Shown piece after piece: positions 27,277-33,197 of a DNA stretch of 64,000 nucleotides. Position 1 is the stretch's first letter. Every line of letters starts with the position of its first letter. The DNA is from a virus. Taxonomy: Duplodnaviria; Caudoviricetes. A model generated the notes under the pieces. That model saw nothing but the letters and a program-made list of their open reading frames with translations. It searched no databases and was not told where the DNA came from. The translations under genes and the position numbers were made by a program. The stretch is from IMG/VR virus record IMGVR_UViG_3300017963_000189. One strand, written 5' to 3'.

Positions 27277-27391
27277 ATGGGTAAGTGTCGAATAAGATAA
27301 ATCTCCCAAAGGGAGTTGTGGGGCTTGATCCCACGGCGATCCAGATTCGTAAATCCGACCGCCAACCAGGTAACCTTATCCATCGACCCAC
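27277..27391 (-). ncRNA. Y RNA-like RNA with tRNA-like internal domain
   Basis: GTGGGT-CGA-TGGATAAGG-TTACC ... TCTTATTC-GACACTT-ACCCAT; internal arms CGGTCGGA/TCTGGATCG, GTGGG/CCCAC, CTCCC/GGGAG. Confidence 0.7.
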
Positions 27392-27395
27392 TTAG

Positions 27396-27588
27396 TTCTC
27401 AGAGTTGGAATCGAACCAACTTCCGTACAAGGTTTATTGTAGTTACTTACTATTCACACATTGTTTATTTTTCAGGCCTCAATGTGTGGGCTTCACTACA
27501 ATCTCACTTGATTCTACTTAGATTCGGCTGATCGCGATCAGCAGGAACGATCTAAGTCAACGTGTCTTACCGCATAAACGATCCAAGA
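27396..27588 (-). ncRNA. tRNA scaffold (193 nt) with two inserted hairpins, one a permuted Y-type helix
   Basis: Acceptor TCTTGGA/TCTGAGA, T arm GTTGG-TTCGATT-CCAAC; insert ACTTAGAT-CGTTCCT-GCTGATC-GC-GATCAGC-CGA-ATCTAAGT. Confidence 0.65.
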
Positions 27589-27589
27589 G

Positions 27590-27664
27590 CGGAACCGACG
27601 GGACTTGAACCCGCAAGCCTTCGCCTTGACAGGGCGATGTGCTAACCAATTACACCACGGCTCC
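27590..27664 (-). tRNA. trnD: tRNA-Asp(GTC)
   Basis: Cloverleaf, G73. Confidence 0.93.
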
Positions 27665-27703
27665 AAATAAGAACAGTTTCACATCTTGTTCAGGATGTAA
27701 AAA

Positions 27704-28123
27704 TTACTGCAACAACGTCAGGTTCAGGAATGGGAAATGTCTTTTCAACTCAACTTCGTGTTTCAATAATACCTTAGCTTCCGGTTCCGCTTTCAATAAG
27801 ACATCTAAAGAATCGTAGTAAGTAACATCGTTGACTTCCGCTTCCCAGCCGTAGCAAGAACAGTGTCCGTCATACAATACTGCCCATCTACCATCTTTAG
27901 TTATTCCTATTTCAGTAGCGCCTTCTTCGTAATCATCCAAGTAAAACCCATCATACATTATCAACCACACTACTTCAACACCTTTCAACGCAAATTGTAA
28001 ACGATCAATGTTATCAACTCCAGATTCAATAGCATATTCCCCGTAGAATCCGTTGTCATAACTTTCCTGCAACGCTTTTTGTTGATAGTTGTACGCTTTT
28101 CTCCAAGTTTGTAAAGTTTTCAT
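27704..28123 (-). CDS. Hypothetical protein in tRNA array
   Basis: AGGAG SD; GHCSCYG motif. Confidence 0.7.
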   Translation of the reverse strand: MKTLQTWRKAYNYQQKALQESYDNGFYGEYAIESGVDNIDRLQFALKGVEVVWLIMYDGFYLDDYEEGATEIGITKDGRWAVLYDGHCSCYGWEAEVNDVTYYDSLDVLLKAEPEAKVLLKHEVELKRHFPFLNLTLLQ

Positions 28124-28219
28124 GGCAATTCTCCTTATGTTAGTTTATGGTTTCTAAGTAGTTAAGAATTGCTTAACTTTACCATACCTATCATTTGGAT
28201 TGTCGCCTAAAAAATTTAC

Positions 28220-28231
28220 TTCTCAAAGATC
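28220..28231 (-). promoter_or_regulatory. boxA-like element (GATCTTTGAGAA)
   Basis: Variant of elements at 10921, 11453 and 32083. Confidence 0.35.
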
Positions 28232-28238
28232 AAACTTG

Positions 28239-28311
28239 TGCCCCCACTTGGATTCGAACCAAGAACTCACCGCTTAAAAGGCGGGTGCGTTACCATTGAC
28301 GCCATGGAGGC
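28239..28311 (-). tRNA. trnK: tRNA-Lys(TTT)
   Basis: Cloverleaf, loop CTTTTAA. Confidence 0.92.
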
Positions 28312-28313
28312 AA

Positions 28314-28553
28314 TTACATACTATTTTTTATCGCACTTACTATTTGGTAAAAATTCATTATCGTCCAATTCTTGTATACCATCACTTCACCATCAGAATA
28401 ATGAACTACCATTTTTATTTTTCCATAAAATTTACATATTTTGTCGCCGTTCTCGTTGATAAATGTGACCTTGTTATTCTCTACAATAAAATCACACTCA
28501 ACTTCAATGGCGACCCACTTGTAAAAATCGTAAAAAACTCTATCATTGTCCAT
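28314..28553 (-). CDS. Hypothetical protein
   Basis: Downstream of promoter, AAGGA SD. Confidence 0.6.
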   Translation of the reverse strand: MDNDRVFYDFYKWVAIEVECDFIVENNKVTFINENGDKICKFYGKIKMVVHYSDGEVMVYKNWTIMNFYQIVSAIKNSM

Positions 28554-28578
28554 CGTTTATTCCTTTAACGTATATATA

Positions 28579-28607
28579 AATATACGAAAAAAATGTAAAC
28601 TTGTCAA
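28579..28607 (-). promoter_or_regulatory. sigma70-type promoter (TTGACA-N17-TATATT)
   Basis: Exact match. Confidence 0.8.
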
Positions 28608-28627
28608 CTGTTTTTTCAGATTTTTTG

Positions 28628-28699
28628 TAGGCCTGCAAGGTAACGATCCTTGTTCTCCCGCTTAAAAGGCGGGTGCTTCACCATTAAAGCTTCAGACCC
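28628..28699 (-). tRNA. trnK: tRNA-Lys(TTT), atypical T loop ATCGTTA
   Basis: Cloverleaf. Confidence 0.85.
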
Positions 28700-28707
28700 A
28701 TAATTTG

Positions 28708-28780
28708 TGGAGCTACTCGGATTCGAACCGAGAACTCAGGCTTGCAAGGCGAGCGTAGTTCCCATTACTACCATAGCCCC
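28708..28780 (-). tRNA. trnA: tRNA-Ala(TGC)
   Basis: G3:U70, loop CTTGCAA. Confidence 0.9.
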
Positions 28781-28790
28781 ATATCATTTG

Positions 28791-28863
28791 TGGAGACGAT
28801 CGGAATCGAACCGACCACAGTCTGCTTGCAAGGCAGTCTCGCCCCCTTGGCACATGCGCCCCC
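28791..28863 (-). tRNA. trnA: tRNA-Ala(TGC)
   Basis: G3:U70, loop CTTGCAA. Confidence 0.88.
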
Positions 28864-28915
28864 ATAAAAGACAATCGTTTTAGGTTATCTCAACTCAAAC
28901 AACCTTTTTTACTTG

Positions 28916-28986
28916 TCCGCACAGAGAGAATCGAACTCCCATTTACTGGATATAAGCCAGGTGCTCTACCGTTGAACTATGCGCGG
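28916..28986 (-). tRNA. trnI: tRNA-Ile(TAT)
   Basis: Cloverleaf, loop CTTATAT. Confidence 0.88.
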
Positions 28987-28990
28987 ATAA

Positions 28991-29067
28991 ATGAACAAGT
29001 ATTGTATTGGAAAGCGGGCATTAGCCCAACTCCATCATGAAAGGATAACCCAATACTTTCGGCTCAT
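28991..29067 (-). ncRNA. Y RNA-like RNA E (77 nt)
   Basis: ATGAGC-CGA-AAGTATTGGG-TTATC ... CCAATAC-AATACTT-GTTCAT. Confidence 0.75.
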
Positions 29068-29070
29068 TAG

Positions 29071-29141
29071 CAAGGGCGACAGGAATCGAACCCGCCACAC
29101 CAGGATTTGGAGTCCCGGTCGTCACCTTGACATACGCCCCT
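29071..29141 (-). tRNA. trnW: tRNA-Trp(CCA)
   Basis: Cloverleaf, loop CTCCAAA, G73. Confidence 0.88.
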
Positions 29142-29149
29142 ATAATTTG

Positions 29150-29232
29150 TACCGACACTCGGATTCGAACCGAGACGGGATTTCTCCCACTCGCTTTTGA
29201 AACGAGCGTGTCTACCATTCCACCATATCGGC
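29150..29232 (-). tRNA. trnL: tRNA-Leu(CAA)
   Basis: Type II cloverleaf. Confidence 0.92.
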
Positions 29233-29235
29233 ATA

Positions 29236-29339
29236 ATGTCAAGGATTTTCACTACACAAAAGTTGACATATCTATGTAGTAAAGGCGTTTTACGTTTGTC
29301 GGTCTAAGTCAACCTCGACCTTTCCCACGACCTTGACGT
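29236..29339 (-). ncRNA. Structured RNA, possible Y-like variant with pseudoknot
   Basis: Terminal stem GTCAAGG/CCTTGAC followed by T-CGT; GTTGAC/GTCAAC crosses ACTACAT/GTGTAGT. Confidence 0.45.
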
Positions 29340-29346
29340 ACCTTAG

Positions 29347-29429
29347 TAGCACTGGAGAGATTCGAACTCTCATGTATGTTTCAACCGCCGGGTTTAAGCC
29401 GACTGCGTATGCCATTCCGCCACAGTGCC
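29347..29429 (-). tRNA. trnL: tRNA-Leu(TAA)
   Basis: Type II cloverleaf. Confidence 0.92.
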
Positions 29430-29439
29430 ATATATTTTG

Positions 29440-29512
29440 TAGCACCACCCGGATTCGAACCGAGATCTGTGGGGCGAAAACCCACTATCCTAAACCATTA
29501 GACGATGATGCC
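29440..29512 (-). tRNA. trnE: tRNA-Glu(TTC)
   Basis: Cloverleaf. Confidence 0.9.
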
Positions 29513-29517
29513 ATATA

Positions 29518-29601
29518 ATGAGCAAATAGTTGTCAAGGAATAACCCCGAAGGGCTATTGGATTCGAACCAATTTAACCGATAACCTTAACATTCGGCTCA
29601 T
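29518..29601 (-). ncRNA. YrlA-like Y RNA F with T arm and UUCG-closed acceptor-like stem
   Basis: ATGAGC-CGA-ATGTTAAGG-TTATC, ATTGG-TTCGAAT-CCAAT, AGCCC-TTCG-GGGTT, CCTTGACA-ACTATTT-GCTCAT. Confidence 0.8.
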
Positions 29602-29604
29602 TTG

Positions 29605-29679
29605 TCGGGATAGACGGATTCGAACCGCCGATCCCATGCTCCCAAAGCATGTGCGTTAGCCAGACTACGCTATATCCCG
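29605..29679 (-). tRNA. trnP: tRNA-Pro(TGG)
   Basis: Cloverleaf. Confidence 0.93.
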
Positions 29680-29686
29680 ATAAAAG

Positions 29687-29758
29687 TCTGAGCGGCTGGG
29701 CTCGAACCAGCGCGTTCCCGGTTCCAAGCCGGGGTTCTTCCAACTGAACTACGCCCAG
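29687..29758 (-). tRNA. trnP: tRNA-Pro(TGG)
   Basis: Cloverleaf, loop CTTGGAA. Confidence 0.85.
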
Positions 29759-29764
29759 ATAATA

Positions 29765-29836
29765 AAACGAACAAGAGTGACCAACGAGTTTTGTTCTTTT
29801 TGACAGGAAAGATAATCGTCAATCTTCGGCTCGTTT
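29765..29836 (-). ncRNA. Y RNA-like RNA G (72 nt)
   Basis: AAACGAGC-CGA-AGATTGACGA-TTATC ... TCGTTGGT-CACTCTT-GTTCGTTT. Confidence 0.75.
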
Positions 29837-29838
29837 AG

Positions 29839-29911
29839 AGTACCATATCGGATTCGAACCGATACCACCGACTTGGAAGGACGGAATGCTACCGTTAAAC
29901 ACCAATGGTAC
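29839..29911 (-). tRNA. trnG: tRNA-Gly(TCC)
   Basis: Cloverleaf, U73. Confidence 0.9.
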
Positions 29912-29918
29912 ATAAAAG

Positions 29919-29990
29919 TTGCGGGAGTGAGAATTGAACTCACGTGGCTCGGCTTATGAAACCGAGTGGGCGACCAACAGCCTTCCCACA
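29919..29990 (-). tRNA. tRNA-Met/Ile2(CAT)
   Basis: Loop TTCATAA; short D arm. Confidence 0.8.
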
Positions 29991-29997
29991 ATAAAAG

Positions 29998-30156
29998 TGC
30001 TCCGTTAAGGATTCGAACCTCGTTTAGTTATACCATGCTACACCTTGGCCCAGGACTTTGGTATAACCTACTCTTTCATCTTAGTGAACTGACTTGAATC
30101 AGTGTAGTAACTCAAGACTTCATTCTAAAACTATTAGACCATCTTCTAACCGGAAC
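29998..30156 (-). ncRNA. tRNA-like RNA (159 nt) with large central insertion
   Basis: Acceptor GTTCCG/CGGAGC, T loop TTCGAAT; hairpins CTTGAGT/ATTCAAG and GTTATACCA/TGGTATAAC. Confidence 0.55.
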
Positions 30157-30165
30157 ATATAAGGC

Positions 30166-30305
30166 TGCCTGAGGCCGGAATCGAACCGGCTTGAAAACCC
30201 ATTTCGTACTTTGTGGTTTTCTTTAGCGACCCCAGCGATTCTGTCTCAGTTAGTACGAACCAAAACATATTCTTTTCTGGGCGCCCCACTCCAGTGGGCT
30301 CGGGC
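30166..30305 (-). ncRNA. tRNA-like RNA (140 nt) with large central insertion
   Basis: Acceptor GCCCGAG/CTCAGGC, D arm CCCAC/GTGGG, T arm GCCGG-TTCGATT-CCGGC; insert TTCGTACT/AGTACGAA. Confidence 0.55.
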
Positions 30306-30311
30306 GTTTAG

Positions 30312-30393
30312 TACCTTCGGAGAGATTCGAACTCTCATGTCCTTTGGACGCTGGTTTCTAAAACCAGTGTGTATGCCGTTCCACCACGAAGGC
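30312..30393 (-). tRNA. trnL: tRNA-Leu(TAG)
   Basis: Type II cloverleaf. Confidence 0.92.
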
Positions 30394-30399
30394 AAATAG

Positions 30400-30473
30400 T
30401 GCGGGAAGTAGGTTTTGTATCCTACAACTTCGGGCTTACTCACCCGATGTTTTTTCTCTTAAACTATTCCCAC
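30400..30473 (-). tRNA. Non-canonical tRNA with 8-nt anticodon loop and 8-nt T loop
   Basis: GTGGGAA/TTCCCGC, TCGGG-TGAGTAAG-CCCGA, GTAGG-ATACAAAA-CCTAC. Confidence 0.6.
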
Positions 30474-30476
30474 TTG

Positions 30477-30551
30477 TGATGTCGACGGGATTCGAACCCG
30501 CATTTACCAGATTGAAAGTCTGGTGTCCTACTCCATTTAGACGACGACATC
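30477..30551 (-). tRNA. trnE: tRNA-Glu(TTC)
   Basis: Cloverleaf. Confidence 0.92.
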
Positions 30552-30557
30552 AATTTG

Positions 30558-30629
30558 AGCTACCTACAGGAATCGAACCCGTAACTTGGGCTTACAAAAC
30601 CCTTGTTTTCCCAGTTAAACTAAGGCAGC
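30558..30629 (-). tRNA. trnT: tRNA-Thr(TGT)
   Basis: Cloverleaf. Confidence 0.9.
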
Positions 30630-30638
30630 ATTCATTTG

Positions 30639-30711
30639 AGCTCCCGATCGGCATCGAACCGATACCACCAACTTACCAAGCTGGTATTCTATCCAATTAA
30701 ACTACAGGAGC
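30639..30711 (-). tRNA. trnT: tRNA-Thr(GGT)
   Basis: Cloverleaf. Confidence 0.9.
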
Positions 30712-30718
30712 AACTCAG

Positions 30719-30792
30719 GGTGATCGTCGGGATTCGAACCCGAACCAGCCGAGTCACAATCGACTATGCTCACCATTTACACCACGATCACC
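30719..30792 (-). tRNA. trnH: tRNA-His(GTG) with encoded G-1
   Basis: Cloverleaf, G-1:C73. Confidence 0.93.
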
Positions 30793-30799
30793 ATATAAG

Positions 30800-30873
30800 C
30801 GAGACCGAAGGGATTCGAACCCTCAGCTACCGGATAGACAGTCCGGTGTGTTGACCAATTACACCACGGCCCC
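30800..30873 (-). tRNA. trnD: tRNA-Asp(GTC)
   Basis: Cloverleaf, G73. Confidence 0.92.
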
Positions 30874-30937
30874 AAATGAACCAAACTCCATTATCATCCG
30901 CACGGTTAGTCGGCTTGATCAATTTCATTTGGTTTAG

Positions 30938-31009
30938 CTTCTCCAATAGGATTCGAACCTATATCTCCGCCCCGATTGGGCAGTGTCCTTTCCTTTAGAC
31001 GATAGAGAA
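30938..31009 (-). tRNA. Asp-like tRNA with non-canonical loop CAATCGG (ATC, A33)
   Basis: Normal acceptor, D and T arms, G73. Confidence 0.65.
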
Positions 31010-31108
31010 AACGAAACAAAGTGATCAACTTTATATTTCGCCGTGGATAGGAAAGTGATCAGCTCTCCAGCCCCACTATACCATTGGCATATAAAACCAA
31101 TGATGTTG

Positions 31109-31179
31109 CTGACCCACATGGATTCGAACCATGAACTTCTGATTCAAAGTCAGAGATGTTACCATTACACCATGAGCCA
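31109..31179 (-). tRNA. trnQ: tRNA-Gln(TTG)
   Basis: Cloverleaf. Confidence 0.93.
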
Positions 31180-31184
31180 ATATA

Positions 31185-31277
31185 AAAAGAATCTCGATAT
31201 GTTGTGTTAAGTTCCTCATAGGGCAGACGTAACTCCTAAACAACATATCAGCCGTTCTGCTACTCATTGATTCTTTT
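31185..31277 (-). ncRNA. Unidentified structured RNA (93 nt)
   Basis: AAAAGAATC/GATTCTTTT and GATATGTTGT/ACAACATATC helices. Confidence 0.45.
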
Positions 31278-31278
31278 G

Positions 31279-31355
31279 TCCGCGCGGTTGGAATCGAACC
31301 AACGTGTAACCTACTACTCTTTCTACGCCTTATCAGAGCGAGGAGATACGCGCGG
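31279..31355 (-). tRNA. Rearranged tRNA-like RNA, anticodon arm (GAT) before the D-loop-like segment
   Basis: CCGCGCG/CGCGCGG, CGCT-CTGATAA-GGCG only ~8 nt after acceptor, AGTAGGTTA afterwards, T arm GTTGG-TTCGATT-CCAAC. Confidence 0.6.
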
Positions 31356-31366
31356 ATATTTTTTCG

Positions 31367-31439
31367 TACTCTCGGCCGGATTCGAACCGACATTGTTGGT
31401 TTCGTAGACCAAAGTCCTATCCTATTGAACGACGAGAGC
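31367..31439 (-). tRNA. trnR: tRNA-Arg(ACG)
   Basis: Cloverleaf. Confidence 0.92.
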
Positions 31440-31446
31440 ATATTAG

Positions 31447-31630
31447 CTTCACGAGTGAGATTCGAACTCATTGTCTCAGTCGGGCACTTAACCGCATCGA
31501 CAGTTTAACTTGTCCAACTCTTATCCGGAAAAGAGTAGAAACGTTCATGTTTCGCGAGAACATTACTAAGTTTCCAGAGGAACTCACCGAAGAAAGTGAG
31601 CGACGATTCACCACATCGTCCAGTCGTGAA
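31447..31630 (-). ncRNA. tRNA-like RNA (184 nt) with 6-bp D stem and ~115-nt variable region
   Basis: TTCACGA/TCGTGAA, GACGAT/ATCGTC, GCTCAC/GTGAGT, TGAG-TTCGAAT-CTCA. Confidence 0.55.
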
Positions 31631-31740
31631 ATATATTGTCTTAGCAGACAAGGAGCGTTCGGCATCGTCCTACTCTATCCTTTTCCCCTTATTTATGTTA
31701 CCAGCCACTAATGAGTGTCAGGTGGGTAAGTCTACCATTG

Positions 31741-31824
31741 TGAGAGCAATAGGATTCGAACCTATACAGCCGTTAGGCACCGGGTTTACAATCCGGCTCA
31801 GCTCACCGTCTCTGAAGTGCTCCC
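31741..31824 (-). tRNA. trnY: tRNA-Tyr(GTA), extended D stem
   Basis: Type II cloverleaf, loop TTGTAAA. Confidence 0.8.
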
Positions 31825-31916
31825 AAAAATGTGTGTTTCCATTTTGAACTACAACTGTATGACTTATGTCAGTGTTGCAGGATCGAGAACGTGTACACAC
31901 CAAACCAAACTCTTAG

Positions 31917-31991
31917 CTTACCCGCTCAGATTCGAACTGAGGTCTCACGGCTTAACAGGCCGGCGTTTTAGACCGCTAATACTACGGGCAA
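31917..31991 (-). tRNA. trnN: tRNA-Asn(GTT)
   Basis: Cloverleaf, G73. Confidence 0.88.
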
Positions 31992-31994
31992 ATA

Positions 31995-32070
31995 TGGTAT
32001 GGGAAGTAGGATTTTCACCCACAACTCCACCCGACTAAAGGCAGTATTTTGTATTTTAAACTATTCCCAT
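31995..32070 (-). tRNA. Non-canonical tRNA (sibling of 30400), encoded CCA, anticodon ambiguous
   Basis: ATGGGAA/TTCCCAT-ACCA; shares TGGGAATAGTTTAA and CCTACTTCCC with 30400 element. Confidence 0.55.
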
Positions 32071-32082
32071 ATGTAAATTTTA

Positions 32083-32093
32083 TGTCAAAGAAC
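32083..32093 (-). promoter_or_regulatory. boxA-like element (GTTCTTTGACA) at head of tRNA array
   Basis: Between promoter and first tRNA. Confidence 0.5.
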
Positions 32094-32118
32094 TTCTATT
32101 GTTTCACAACAATACTAT

Positions 32119-32147
32119 AATATACTAAATAATTTTTATCTTGTCAA
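32119..32147 (-). promoter_or_regulatory. sigma70-type promoter driving the tRNA/ncRNA array
   Basis: TTGACA-N17-TATATT exact. Confidence 0.8.
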
Positions 32148-32175
32148 CTGTTTTTTTACTTTTTTTTAACTTTTT

Positions 32176-32301
32176 TTATTCACCAAAAATCCAACTAAAT
32201 AAGGCAAAAAATCCAAACACCTTCAATACCGCAAATAACAACCCTAATGTTACTACCAACATAATAACTCCAAGTATTCCAGCTATCCAATCAAAAACCA
32301 T
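32176..32301 (-). CDS. Small membrane protein (41 aa)
   Basis: Start re-set to MVFDWI downstream of promoter. Confidence 0.55.
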   Translation of the reverse strand: MVFDWIAGILGVIMLVVTLGLLFAVLKVFGFFALFSWIFGE

Positions 32302-32331
32302 TACTTTTCCTTTCTCAATTTTGTATACTAC

Positions 32332-32360
32332 AATATACAAAATATTAGCATACTTGTCAA
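32332..32360 (-). promoter_or_regulatory. sigma70-type promoter (TTGACA-N17-TATATT)
   Basis: Exact match. Confidence 0.8.
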
Positions 32361-32380
32361 CTGTTTTCTGGTTTTTTTTC

Positions 32381-32415
32381 AAAAAAAAAACCCGAACTAC
32401 TTTCATAATTCGGGC
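32381..32415 (-). terminator. Intrinsic terminator
   Basis: CCCGAA/TTCGGG hairpin plus T10. Confidence 0.8.
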
Positions 32416-32444
32416 TTTATATATTCTTTATGAAAGTAGTTTTC

Positions 32445-32660
32445 TTATGGCGCTCCTGCTGTTGGTTGTTCATTATTATGATCATCAGCTTTACGGTTGG
32501 CTTTTACCCAATAAATAAAATAGCCAACACCTAAGAGCATAGTAATCCCACCAACGGTACCGGGAGCGGCAAAACCGAGGGCGTTTACCAATAACGCTAA
32601 GGCTAACGGTATAATAAATACCGCTAATAATAATCGTATAATAAGTTGTGATTTTTTCAT
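32445..32660 (-). CDS. Small membrane protein
   Basis: Two TM helices. Confidence 0.65.
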   Translation of the reverse strand: MKKSQLIIRLLLAVFIIPLALALLVNALGFAAPGTVGGITMLLGVGYFIYWVKANRKADDHNNEQPTAGAP

Positions 32661-32726
32661 TGTTCCTACTTTCTTTTGTTATCTAATATAAATATAAACT
32701 AAATTTCATTCCATGTTATATATCTT

Positions 32727-32754
32727 TATACTCGTATATAAATATAAAGTTCCA
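32727..32754 (-). promoter_or_regulatory. Putative alternative-sigma promoter TGGAAC-N16-AGTATA
   Basis: One of five similar elements. Confidence 0.45.
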
Positions 32755-32761
32755 AAATTTT

Positions 32762-32974
32762 TCACTTTTTTTTAAGTTTTTTACATTCACATTCGTATAC
32801 TTCCATACCACTCCAGCCAGCCCATATCTCTCCGGTATCTTTACATCTATCACAATCATATTCTCTTAAAAGTTCCCTTGACTTCTTTACATGATATTTG
32901 GTTAAACACCACATCCCAAATGCCGTTAAAAAACCAATAAGACATACAATTATTACTCCCTCAGGATTTTCCAT
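32762..32974 (-). CDS. Small membrane-anchored zinc-finger protein
   Basis: TM then CDRCKDTG...CEC. Confidence 0.6.
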   Translation of the reverse strand: MENPEGVIIVCLIGFLTAFGMWCLTKYHVKKSRELLREYDCDRCKDTGEIWAGWSGMEVYECECKKLKKK

Positions 32975-33197
32975 TCTCTTGTTCCCTTATAGTATATTCT
33001 TCCACTTCTTTCTCAAATAACGCCAGTTCCTCGGCTTCCATGTCATATACACTCTTTCGTTTTGGAAGATTCGGGCCCGCCATTATCTCTCTCATAAGTT
33101 CTAAATATCTCAACCTACCTATAAAACGATCAGCTTTCGCCATGTCGTTGGCTAAACCGTCACTCATTTTACAATTACATTTTACACATCTACACAT
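32961..33197 (-). CDS. Hypothetical protein
   Basis: AGGAG SD. Confidence 0.55.
   Translation of the reverse strand: MCRCVKCNCKMSDGLANDMAKADRFIGRLRYLELMREIMAGPNLPKRKSVYDMEAEELALFEKEVEEYTIREQENGKS

Noticed and set aside
30876-30935. Another Y-family member
   Set aside because: Has a terminal AAACCAAA/TTTGGTT stem but lacks the CG[A/T] bulge and TTAYC
31010-31100. Direct repeat aaagtgatca(a/g)ct as an operator pair or ncRNA
   Set aside because: Only two copies, no associated promoter, no stable terminal helix
31447-31740. tmRNA or tRNA-Sec
   Set aside because: No G3:U70 alanine identity, no tag ORF ending in hydrophobic/Ala residues, and no UCA anticodon
31640-31740. GCCGAACG as a Y RNA motif
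   Set aside because: Could not find the flanking two-helix architecture or TTAYC
27174-31903. Minus-strand ORFs overlapping the tRNA array (27174, 29021, 29067, 29749, 30246, 30934, 31076, 31468, 31718) and 23724, 48754
   Set aside because: They run through tRNA/ncRNA genes; the open frames are a by-product of GC-rich structured RNA
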